Source of the DNA: Monocercomonoides exilis PA203 | Lineage: Eukaryota > Protista > Preaxostyla | Assembly: GCA_001643675.2 (NCBI GenBank) | Contig: LSRY02000055.1 | Span: 502,113 to 566,112, forward strand | DNA length: 64,000 nucleotides | Direction: 5' to 3' | Shown here: in pieces, positions 26,641 through 38,099 of the stretch | Numbering within the stretch: the stretch's first letter is position 1 | How the letters are laid out: each line of letters begins with the position of its first letter | Position numbers and translations under genes: made by a program | Notes under the pieces: generated by a model | What the model saw: the letters and a program-made list of their open reading frames with translations, nothing else | What the model was told of the DNA's origin: nothing | The model's database searches: none

Positions 26641-27160
26641 TTAGCCATTTGTTCAAAAATGATTGTTTTGAAAAAAAAAACAACTAAAAGAATAATGACA
26701 TATAATAGAACATACATGATAAATACAATTTCAACGCAAATAATAACTTGTTTTTGATTCACACTCCATTTTCAATCAAGAAAATGATTATTCAAATTGT
26801 TGTTCATTATTAACGAATAATGAATAGCATTAATCACCAATAAAAGTGTTGTGAAAAATTGTTTGGAAAACACACAATGAAAATAACGAATCCGTCTCGT
26901 ATCATTAAAAATATGAATTGTTAATTAAAAATCAATATCCCTTTAATTTTAAAAATGAATAAAGCTATTTTGGTTTGGGAAAAAAAGCAAAAAATGAGAA
27001 ATGTACTTTGCTTATGTTGAATATCAAACTGGTGCATAATCGTTTTTGGATATATTATTATTTATTTCATAAAAAATAATAACGGGAAGATCTCTGATTT
27101 TTCAAAAAGATTATGCCATATATATAAAAGAAAAAAAAAAAAAAAACAATTTAGAAACAA

Positions 27161-27224
27161 AATGAGTGATTATTTTTAAAAACATAACTTTTTTCGGGGT
27201 GTTGATTTTTCAAAGGTTGTTAGT
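27161..27224. repeat. Dispersed repeat with an inverted copy at 41861-41924
   Basis: aatgagtgattatttttaaaaacataacttttttcggggtgttgatttttcaaaggttgttagt aligns with the reverse complement of 41861-41924. Confidence 0.7.
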
Positions 27225-27620
27225 CATTAAATAGAGATTTCGTTTTTTATTGATAAATTTAATGAAAACCATTTCAAAAGCAAATGCTTATGCTGAAATG
27301 AAGATGAAAATATTTTTTATTTGTATTCTTACATCTCAATATTTTTTTGTAAATTTTCAATTTAAAATCTCGAACAATAATTTTTTAATGAAAATGCCTG
27401 AAATCATATATTTTGTCCCATATATCCATAAATTTGATAAAAATAAAAATTTCAGTTTTGGAATATGAAAAGGTTTTATTCGATTGGATAATTTTTTAAT
27501 TGTTAATTCATGAAGTCATCGAAGTTTGTTTCGATTGCTTTTCATAAACGAATTGAGATTTGTTGATGAATCAATATTTTATTTGAATTAAATTTTTCAT
27601 TGTGCAGAATGTGTCTATCT

Positions 27621-28030
27621 AGTATATTCACAGAGAACGAGGCAAAAATATTTCAATGAAAAAAACAAAAAAAAAAACACAGAAAAAAAGAGCTTTGGAA
27701 GGTTTCGAATTCCCGACCTTTGACCAACTGAAAATCAATGGTCGAGGTGGCAAACGCTTGCGCCACTCGATCCAAAGCCCAACCTTACTTTCTTATGACT
27801 CATCTTAAACATGGCTTAACCCTAACCCAAAAAATCCAAAAAATATCAAGTTTTTTTGAGTGCTAACCCTTAAAAGAAAATTGGGGACATAACCCTAAGC
27901 CCAATATCTGTTACGCTAACCCTAAAACCTAAACCAATCTTTAAATACAGTGATTATTTTGGAATTTTAACCCTAAAAATAAAAAAATACTGGGTCTGAT
28001 CAAATCTACCCCGTTCTCTGTGAATATGCA
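27621..28030 (-). mobile_element. 410-bp non-autonomous DNA transposon carrying TTAGGG repeats and a tRNA-like cassette
   Basis: TIRs AGTATATTCACAGAGAACG / CGTTCTCTGTGAATATGCA; 8-bp TSD GTCTATCT at 27613-27620 and 28031-28038. Confidence 0.88.
27692..27780 (-). ncRNA. tRNA-like Pol III cassette (not a canonical tRNA)
   Basis: Closing stem GCTTTGGA/TCCAAAGC, A-box-like TGGATCGAGTGG, internal hairpin GACCA...TGGTC, B-box-like GAATTCGAAACC, then T-runs. Confidence 0.55.
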
Positions 28031-28129
28031 GTCTATCTTTTAAATTTTTTTAAAGATTTACAAGTTTGCATCGAATTCACATCACCTTTCGAAAAAACTT
28101 TTCAATTTTGGGCAGTTAAACAGACATAT

Positions 28130-28900
28130 TTGAGGAGAAGAGATTCTTCAGATGAATGTTGTGAAATACCACAGAGAGAAGATAATTATGTATTCTACGA
28201 ATGAAAACGCAACAGATAGCAAGCGATGTGGTGAATTCATTTTGCATTGTCAATAATTGAATCAAGAAGTATTTCATATAATTCGTTTATCTTATTCTCA
28301 GCTGTTCGTATAAGGAAACAGACATGAAAGGTAAATAAGAAGCAATAAATGAAATTATTCGTTCATTGCAATCTCAATCAGCTTTATTTGTGCATCTGAA
28401 CTCAACAGTTACTGATGCGAAAAGTTTTATCGCAACTTTAGGATATGTTCAGATTGAGAGATTGAAATTCAACTTTTAGCAATTCTTTTCATATTCTGGA
28501 AGTTCAATTATTCATGAAGCAAGTGGCCAGCTTTCTCTTTCATTTGTTGATTTTTCATCTGTTGGCCAATCAGAAAACATTGAAGCTGTTGTTCTGAATT
28601 CAACATTGTAAAACATTGAAAAATGAATTCTTCATGTTGATAACTGCTCGGTGTCTCTCCTTTCATTCCAGAAGCCTTCTTTTCTGTTAAATGGAGATGA
28701 GATTAATATCATAAATATGAAGTTTAAACACATTGAATCAATGGCAAATGTGTTTAATATTACTGACTGCAAAGAAGTTGTATTCAATGGAATATCTGCA
28801 GATGGAGTGAAATTGTCTGAAGGTTGCATCATTCAGATTGGCGGCTCAACTTCGGGAACAATTTCTATTGAAATCTCCCCATTCAACAACTGCTAAATGA
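28130..28900 (+). pseudogene. Degraded ectodomain fragment of the beta-helix-like receptor family
   Basis: TDSKRCGE motif (compare GDDGRRCG in the large gene) and LHVDNCSVSLLSFQKPSFLL...INIINMKFKHIES, with several stops. Confidence 0.55.
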
Positions 28901-29189
28901 ATACAAAAGGAGCCTCTTCTATTTTTGCTTCTCCCCCTCCCTCTTTTTAACCTTCGCATTTTTCAACTTCTTCAACTTCTTTTCGCACTCTTTGTTCAGA
29001 AATATGAAAAAAGATAAATGTTGTATTCTCAGTGTTAACAACATATTTGTTTTTTTCAAAAGGTTTTTGAAAGGAAATGAATGCAACGAGAAACAAAAGA
29101 AAGATGATGAAGAAAATGAAGAAGATGAAGAAGATGAAGAAGATGAAGAAGATGAAGAAAGGAATTAAAAGAAAACGTCAATGATGAAA

Positions 29190-32100
29190 ATGTCATCTGG
29201 AAAATCTGAGTGTCGATAACATCCACTGCATACTCAAAGAACAGCAGCTTGTGTTGTTGCCATCGCTTTCTAACTCGGAGACTTCTCGTGCTGTAATGAA
29301 TAAGTTAAAGAAGAAGATAATAATGAAGCATGACAAGGCATTCACTCCTCCTCCCTTCTTGTGCCATGCTTTTGAGTCTTGAAACAAAACCACTCACTGT
29401 TAGTCTCACAGCAGCTGCCCAAAGCAGATCGTCACTTTTTCATTGTTCTTTCCCAGCTGTAGCCCCACCATCCTGAACATCACCCTCTGCACTTCTTTCT
29501 TCACCACCGTCAACTGCATAGACTCCACTGAAATCAATCACACTCGGCCGTCTAGCACTATCTTCAGCAGCTTTAGATGCCGGCTCGCAGTCTTCACAAT
29601 TTCGCTGTTCTCCGATTGTGAAAGAGGCTCTCATCGAAAAGCAGCATCACACACATCTGGATGCATGAGGCACAGTATGAAGAAGTCTTTGCTCTAAAAC
29701 GCCTCCAGCACCTACGCAAGCAACTGCAGACAACAACCAGATAGTATGTACGCACCCCGGAAGATCCGCAACGACAGCGCCTGTGGCGTCTGCGGGGGGC
29801 ACACACAAAAGAGATTCCATCTCTGAATTTGTGATGCACCTGATATTGTAGACGAAGACAAATACGAAGACGAAGAAATCAAGGTCTCGCTAGAACATAT
29901 GGCATCGTACAGCGCCATTATCGCCTTCTTTATTCATCTTTTTTTTATGCCCAGTAATTATTCAGCAGAATCTCCAGAAACACATACGCATCGATCTCTC
30001 CCTTCTCCGGCTGCAGCCCCTCAAACTTCCCAAAAAACATCTATATCTTCTTCTCAGACGCCCCTTCAAGCACCGTGTTGAAAAACAAGAAGAACTATAG
30101 CTTGTCTTTATTGAACTTCCCTGGCACACACTTCCAAACAGCCGCACATCTGCAAAGTCCTTCCGAAACAGCTCCACTCCGTACACCATCACCCACCGCG
30201 CCGCCTCGCTCTTCTTCTGCACCGCGTGCTTCAACTCCAGCCACATGCACACAAAGTCCCCAAACCCCTGCCCACCCGACACTGCCTACGCCCAGTTCTG
30301 CTGTGATATTGTCAACTCACATCTCCAAATTCGTCGACAGCGTTCACACCAGAGACAGCTTCAGCCCCGTCTTCAGCAGGATCAGCATCCACTCCACCGG
30401 CATAGACGACCGTCGCGTGGGCGGCATCCGAAACATACGCACCGTTTCGTAAGCTGCCTGCCCCTGCGACTCAGAGACCGTTCTTATCAGCGATTCCATC
30501 ACCTTAAACACAACCGGTGAAGACGCAGCATCATCAAAAGATGAGCCTGACTCAGATCCACCTGACGAACACACAAGCCACTCCGACTCTTCCTTGTCTC
30601 TGCTGTCTGTTGTCTGTTGTCTGCTCAAGAAGCATATTCAGACGCTGGCTGCAGTCGCTCACCCACCCCTGCCCCTTCTACTGTCACAGGCACACGGTCC
30701 TCCCGCTCTCTCTTGGGATCATTGTGCAGCAACAGTCAAATACCATACAACTCCTCTTATCTCTTTCTTCTGCCTTTTCACGCTCCTCCGCTTCCTCTCA
30801 TTCTCAGCCTCCGCTTCTATTCCTCCTCCTTTTCATCCTCGCCCCATCCCTCTCACTTTCCCATTTCTCCTGTGCTCCTCCTTTTCTGACCCCACCAATC
30901 TACCCCCGCAGCATCTTCTCTTTCAGCTTCTTCGCCTTTTCAGTCAGCTGCTCTTCTGCCTCTTCATGTTTCGCCTTCATTTTCTTCTGCTCCCACTTCT
31001 ATTGAACAGCGCATTCTGCATGTGTATCGTCTTTTCCTGCACTTTCGACAGCACCATTCTTTTCGTATCTTTCGTTGATCCCAGATCTCGCTCCCTCACT
31101 TCCACCTCAGCCGAAACTCTTTCCACCCACCGTTGTCTTCTTCCAACAACACTCATCCTACTCCCAACTTTCACTTCAGCCACCTTCACACACACGTTTG
31201 GTTATATCTTAGCAACGCGGCAATTTTTGACGATTGCTTCAAGCTTCACATGATTCTTTTAACACAGCTCATAAGGCAGAATCAACAAAGAAGAAAACGG
31301 AATCATCCCTCTTTCCGCTGAGGCCAATGAAGAAGGCGTAGCAAGCGTAATAATTAATTCATCAGTTTCCGCTTGTCATCCACACTCACCACTCCACTCT
31401 GCTGCTTCTGTTGCTTCTTAACGTTCTCAGTCCCCACATCAATCAGCTCTGCCTTCTCCTTCATGGCCACCAGCTGCTCATGCAGATCCTTAACTTTCTT
31501 CACCTCTGCAATGTTCTTCTCACTCATCTGCAGAATCTTCCTCTAATTCATCCTTTGATCTTGTCCTTCTCCTGCAGCTGCTCCGTCAGTTCACTCGCAG
31601 GCTTCGATATCCGCTCTTCGTATCGGATCTTCTGCAGCAGCATGACGAACTTCACAAACTTCTTCTCCACCACCTGCTTCGCCTTCTCATGTTTTTCCTT
31701 TATATTTTACTCCTTCTTCTTCTTCCTCTTTTGGTACCTCCTCATTTTCACATTCTTCTCCTTTCTCTTCTTCTCCATTTAATTCTTCTTCTTCTTCTTC
31801 TAATTTAACTTATTCTTTCACTTCTCATTCTTCCTCTTCTTCTTCTTCCTCCTCCTCCTCCTCCTCTTCTTCTTCTTCTTCTTCTCTTTCTCCTTCTTCA
31901 AATTCTTCTTCTTCTTATTCGAATTTATATTCTTCTCATCCTTTTGCAACCATTTCATTAGTTTACACATCATCTTTATCTTCTTCTTCTTCTTCTCTCC
32001 CTTCTTCTTCACATTCTTCTTCTTTATCATCTTCTTCTTTTCATAATTTCAACATATCACACAGCTTTTTTTCCATCTTTCTTTTCGTCTCCTACTTTGT

Positions 32101-32200
32101 ATTGACATTTGATTTCTTTGTTTGAACTTCTTCTTTTTCTTCTCCTCCTTCTTCTTTTGTCAATTTGACATGTTTCATGTCATTTTGATTTGACATGTCT
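29190..32200 (-). pseudogene. Degenerate GC-richer gene with a Glu/Lys-rich N-terminal region
   Basis: Chain of short minus-strand frames (e.g. 30344-30628, 30977-31195) separated by stops. Confidence 0.4.
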
Positions 32201-32999
32201 GTTTTCAACTGAGTTGCGGAATTATCTCCGGAAAATATTGAACGTCCCCGAACGGGGGAATTTATTTTTGGTGATTTTTTTATTTTTGAATTATTTGAAG
32301 AAGAAGGAGGAGGAGGAGGAGGAAGAGAAAGAAATGAGTATGAAAAGAATCAAATGAAGAAGAAGAAGAAAAAGAGGAAGAATAAGAGGAAGATGTGTTT
32401 GAGGAAGAAGAATGAATGAAATTAGAGGAAGAGGAAGAGAAGGACTGGTTTGTTGGTAGATGGAAGAGATGAAGAGAGAGAGCGAATAAAAAGTAGAAGG
32501 TGAAAAAGGGATGAATGTAATGGCATGTTCTGCGTCTGATGGAGCACAGATTCATTCTAATTTGCACAGACAAGCAAATAGAGATGATAATTGTATTTGA
32601 AGAAGTTTGAATATTCTTCCCGCTGGAAAATTGTGATTGAGGAGGGTTCTATTTCTTGTTGTATGCTTGCCAACGTGTGGGACCTTCTTCTGATGTTTGC
32701 GATGGATTTTTTCCGTTTCTGCATTAGCGGCTAAGCCGGTAACTTCTTCGGTATTCCATTGGGTGCGGTATCTTCTGCAAGGTGACATCGAAAGGGAGAT
32801 TGGAAACTCCCAATTTCGTCCTTTTTCGTTAAACTGCTTCACATGCACCTGTGCTCCCTTCTTCTGATTCTGTGCATTTGACATCTGCTTGGCCTCTTGC
32901 ATCTCAAAGTTCTGAACATAACTTTGCCTTTCCTCTTCGCGCCAGGTGGAAGGAGAACATGAATAACTTCTTGGTTGTCTTTCGCAAGTCCAAGAGCTT

Positions 33000-33900
33000 C
33001 TTTTCATTCAGAAGTTTCTCACTTTTCCCCGCTAAAACAAGAAGTTTTGACATCTGTTTTCTTTCTCATCAGAGGCGCATTCCGAAAATGATAATGATAT
33101 TTTTTTCAACTGTAATTAATGAAACGTCGAAGCGGGCGAAAGTGTCTTTCTCAGATTTGTATTTTTCATCTATAAAATACCATTCAAATAATTTGTCATC
33201 TTTGGAAAATGTTGTATGTTTTGTGAGTTCATATCCAATTTAAACGTTCAGACTGCATTTATGCATTTCTTCCGTTCAATAATTCACAATTGGTATGAAA
33301 GCTCCATTATGAAAAAATTGCTTTTGTAACATTTTCTATATATGTTCAATAAGATTCAGTTAAAAATCTATCCGATTTTGCTCTTTCAGAACAAATGTTA
33401 ATTGCCTGTTGACGAAACTTCCAAACTCTAAAAAACGGGATTTCTCAGCACTATTGCACTTCTCATCTGATAGAATTATTCGGTTGTAATGATTAATATC
33501 CTTTTTCTGCATTTTTCCAATGTTAGTGAATCTGAGTTCCCACTTTGGAGAATTGAAAAATTAACCAATATAATTTGAGAAATGTTGGAATTAAGTGGAT
33601 CGACTTGCTTTCGAGAAAATATCATCAAAGGAGCTGGAAAATGTTCAAATGCAAAATTTTCTTTGTCCAACTGCAAAATTGAACAATTATTTTTTAAAAA
33701 AAAATAACATATAAACCTTAAACCTTCATTTATCCTCTTTGTCAATACTCTGATCTCATTACAAATTGGAATTTACATCAAGGAGGAATTGAGTATCATT
33801 TGAACAGATTTGACAATAAAATGAATGAAAACGATAAAAACTGATATTCGCATAATCATGATTTTTCAACAAGTATATTTAAGATAATACTTATCGAGCA
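33000..33900 (-). pseudogene. Degraded surface-protein-like gene fragment
   Basis: ORF 33476-33745 resembles N-terminal ectodomain text by composition; many stops around it. Confidence 0.3.
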
Positions 33901-34396
33901 ACAACTTTGCTTTGTATCAAGTTTGTTTAAACGCGATTAATGCAATTTCATGAAAAAAACATTTTTAAATTAATCAAAAAACAACATTCTAAATATTAAT
34001 GAATGTTATAATGGGGCAAAGCTGTAAAAAAAATTGAATGCACCATTTAATGGTATTGAGATTTAACATATTATTTGAATTAAGCCTCTGCGACAGATTG
34101 ACATTTTTTAAACAACTCGACAAGTCGACCGACACAATAAATTCCTCTCTTTAATTCATTTTTCATTTATTTTCTTTTTTCATTGCCAATCAAAATTATA
34201 GATTAAAAAATATTGAACTGTTTTTTTTATTAAATCAATTAAAAAAATTTATGAATTATGAAAATCTTAAAAATTTTTTCACAAAATTTTTATTTATTTA
34301 AAATTCAAATTTAATAGTGGGCTATTGACAGATCTTTGTCGAGATCAGTCGAGTTGTTGAAAACAGAAAAAATGACTGTTTATGTTTGATTATTTC

Positions 34397-34798
34397 GGAA
34401 AGATTGCTCATATGCGGACCCTTTTGATCATAGAACCATAATAATATTTATAGGGTTTAAATAAATTCTTTTACTGTCTTTTGTAGTTGTTTTAGGGTTA
34501 GGGTTATCACAAAATTCTTCTTTAAAAAGTTGTTATAGGCAGTAGGGTTGTGTCTCAAATCTTCTTTTTAGGGTTTTGATGTGAAAAGTGATGTTTTTAA
34601 TTGACCAAACTTTTTGGGTTAGGGATATAGATAAAAGAATACGTGAAAAAAGAACATTTTGGGGTGCAGAAATAGCACAACAGGTTAGGATGTTAGGACA
34701 GCACGAGAAGGATGCGGGTTTGATTCCTCCCGCATTCTTCATTTTTTTTTTGCAAAAATAATTAAAAATTGAAAGGTCCGCATAAGTGCATTCTTGCC
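34397..34798 (+). mobile_element. 402-bp non-autonomous DNA transposon (GG...CC termini, Merlin-like signature) carrying TTAGGG repeats and a tRNA-like cassette
   Basis: TIRs GGAAAGATTGCTCATATGCGGACC / GGTCCGCATAAGTGCATTCTTGCC; 8-bp TSD ATTATTTC at 34389-34396 and 34799-34806. Confidence 0.88.
34661..34751 (+). ncRNA. tRNA-like Pol III cassette with 3' hairpin and oligo-T
   Basis: A-box-like TAGCACAACAGG, B-box-like GGTTTGATTCC, 12-bp stem GAAGGATGCGGG/CCCGCATTCTTC, then T10. Confidence 0.55.
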
Positions 34799-36189
34799 AT
34801 TATTTCTCGCTTTCTAATTGGGAGATATGTTTAAACTTCAATGTCAAATTTTTTGTTCATATTTGATTCTTTCTTGTTTTGATCTCTTGTTATGAGGTAA
34901 TGCAAAAAAGGAAAAAACTTCGTTTCAAATTTACATTTTTCAAACTGCTATTTTTGTTCATCACTTTGAAGAGGAAATGGTGTTTAGTGTTTTTCAAACA
35001 ATCCTCGTTTATTTTATTTTGTTTCAAATACTTTGAACAAATAAAATAACGTTGTTTCAATCAAAACATAATACTGTCGTGACAATGGAGAAAAATGATG
35101 AAGTTTTTGTGTGAAAACTTTCATTATAACAAATTGAAGGAAAAATCTTAAGTTCCAATAAAAGGATTTTTAAAAAAAAGTTATATGAATCCTTTTCGAG
35201 AACATAAAACATTGAAATTGATAAGCAAAAAAAAGTGAATGATAAAAGTTCCTTCAATTTCGAAATGTGCAGAGTGCGAAGCATCGATCGAACGAACTTT
35301 ATTTGTGAGCTGCGATGAACATTTGGAAACTGCAACTGTGACGAAGGAGCATATAAAGTTGAATGCAAAACAAAAGATGATTGGGGAAATGAAGATTGTG
35401 GAAGAAATAATGCAGTCCGAAGGTGGAAGGAATACTTCATTGACATGAAAGAAACAGTTTGACAGAAAAGAAAAGCAAAAGAGGGGAAGAAGGAAAATAT
35501 TTCATAAAATAGGGAAGAAAGGTGCGAATTTAAATGGAAACGAATGATTAGCGAATGACAGAAGATCGTTGCATATTAATGCCTGCCGGGAGGAGTAATT
35601 TTGGATAAGCCTATTGAAATTTGAACAGTTGTGCCTCTTCAAATTGTACCTTTGACATCTTAGCGAGATGAAAAACACACAATGGTGTAAGTGTGATGCA
35701 AAGAATATGAGATTGGGTTGATTTCTCTGATGCATATGTGACATATCATGATGAAAGGTTTGTGTTGGTTGAACACAGCTTCTCTCTGTAGCTTCGCAGG
35801 TAGCTTTATCTGTGAAAAGATGAATGCTGAATCTTTTTTAACATGGGCATCCAGATAGTGCTTGTTAGCCTCTTTTTTCACAGCAACCTTGTTCCTATCG
35901 CATCGCATGTGTTCATCCTCTTCTCATTCTTTCCATTCTGTTTCTTCTCAGTCTTTGGTGTCTTATGGATCAGCATTCGAATCACTTTTTCATCTCCAAT
36001 CTGTTGCTGTGCGTGGAGTGTGCCATGCGAATCGCTATCTTGTTCGACTTGAGCTTCTGTATTCAAGTCAACTTCTTTCTCTTTTCAATTGAGACAGATG
36101 TATTCATCTTTGTTCTTTCTATATTGCAAAGAAAGTATTTTGAAAAAGTGAATGAAAATTGTTATTAATAGGAGATAAAGAAAACAATG

Positions 36190-37640
36190 AAGTTATGGAG
36201 ATTGCCTTTGCCTAGTTTGCATTTTCTATCTGCAACAACCCATTATGAATGTTTATCAGCTCTGTCTAAAATTCTGCTTTCGTTGAGTGTTCATTTCCAA
36301 AAGACATGTTCAAATAGCTTATCTGCATCTCTCCAGTTTCAGTAATCTCAAACAGCCTTGACACATCGTTATTTGAATGAACCAAATCATGCACAAGAAC
36401 AAAATTCCTGACAATAAATATATTTGTTGATACCAAAAAAATAGACAAACCAGATGCTTCATATTCCGTTTGAAATGTTGAGCTTTAATCACTTTGGCTT
36501 CATATCTATTTACTATTAGTCCAACATTCCACGAATTTGGCGTGTGTTATTGTTCCAGAAAATGCTTGGACATTAATAACCAAGAATGGAATCATCAAAG
36601 AGAGACAGTGGCTGATTGTGCAGCATGTGCGGTTTTCTTCCCTTCCTCATGCATATGAATCAATGGAATTGAGTTCGGTTTATTCTGAGGAGATTTGTCA
36701 AATGATTCTTAAATCGTTTCACAGCCATTCACTTTTATCAATGAAGGAATCTTAACTTGAACTAACTCTGTTTCCTGTTTGTCTAATAAAATAGCAGGTG
36801 GAATAAATGTTATTTGCTGCAGAATTTCGAAGAGCAATGTCATGTACTCCTTTCATCCATGTATAATTGTTGAAGAAATTGTAATAAAATAAAATCCCAT
36901 TATTATTCGAATTTTTTATTTGGAACACATCGTGTGCTCCACACGTTGAATAGCAAAGGAAAAACAGGAAATATGAAATAACGGCACGGTCCGTTTGTTT
37001 CAATATTCAACTGCTCAAAATCTTCTATCCATTGAACTTTTTGTAAAATGAAATATAATTCATGAATAAATAACTAAGTATTTCTGATCTATTTTCATAG
37101 AGAACGAACATCAATAGTTCCTGTATCTGTGCCTGAAAAATATTCCAAAACAATAACAGACCATTGACTGTTCGTGTATATTTTCTAATAAAATTCATAT
37201 GACTCTGTAGTCAAAAATGGCAAGAAAAGAGCATTGTGCATAAATTGAACAGATCGCAACGCATTTTGTTATTTTCCACACATTTTTTTTCCGTTTCTCT
37301 TAGTACAAGAAGCATGATATATATTACCAAAATGCATGTTCAACAGTCAGAATAGTTTATGCATCGTAATGAACATTGAAGGCTCATTTGCAAGATGATG
37401 AGCAATTTTAACATTCGCAATTTGATATGATTCTTTCTGATGTAATCATTTGCTCATTTCTTCAAGCGTTATTCTATGTTTTTTTCTGGAAAAAAGAAAA
37501 TAATCGTTATTTGTCCCATTTTATCTAAAATATTATCAATAAGAAAAAAAGGGAAATATGAATTAATACATTGTTCCTTATTGTTGAAATAAGATAAATG
37601 TGAAGGATTTTTCGTATCATGCACATGAGAATGAAAGATT
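36190..37640 (-). pseudogene. Degraded surface-protein gene fragment inside the TA-flanked element
   Basis: Fragments such as IVRNFVLVHDL...SRLFEITETGEMQISYLNMS resemble ectodomain text of the large gene (LFSVSTGNLGLLHM); many stops. Confidence 0.45.
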
Positions 37641-38099
37641 GTTGAATGAAAAGAAATAACAAAAAATAAATCAATAAGAAAATTGATCAAAATATAATAT
37701 TTTAAATTTCTCTCAAAAAATCAAAAAATTTCCTCATATTTCATTAAACAACACTGTTTTTTTTTTTTAATGAAGATTAAAAAAAAAAAAATTTATAATA
37801 TATTTTAAGCTCTCAAAAATTTATGCAAAATAAAAATATTGGTAAAATTTAAATCCTCTTATTTCTCGACAAAGACTTTTCAGCTCGACCGACAAATAAC
37901 TTGATAATTTTTTGTGTCGCAGAGGCTTACTGTAAAATGAACAAGAAGAAAGAAATTTTTGAGTCACAAACAAAATAAAATGAATTTGGTTAAATATTCA
38001 CAAAATATTCAAAAATATTTTTTGATAATTCACGATAAAAAATATTTCTATAAGAAATTACTCCATGAAAGCTAATGAAAAAGTCTTCTTATCCTTTTT

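Larger units (their letters stand above)
34083..37927. mobile_element. 3.85-kb element with perfect 13-bp TIRs and TA flanks, carrying gene debris and a nested MITE
   Basis: TA|AGCCTCTGCGACA (34083-34095) and TGTCGCAGAGGCT|TA (37915-37927). Subterminal CTCGACA and TCGACCGACA motifs at both ends. No transposase ORF. Confidence 0.7.

Noticed and set aside
27692-27780. Canonical tRNA-Gly(GCC) or tRNA-Sec
   Set aside because: D and anticodon stems do not pair properly, and there is no TCA anticodon.
27817-27976. True telomere or telomerase RNA template
   Set aside because: The repeats are dispersed, degenerate and enclosed by TIRs and a TSD. The C-rich strand is antisense to and upstream of the Pol III-like cassette.
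35239-35448. CxxC...CxxH ORF as a transposase zinc finger
   Set aside because: Short GTG-start ORF with no DDE domain nearby; unsupported.
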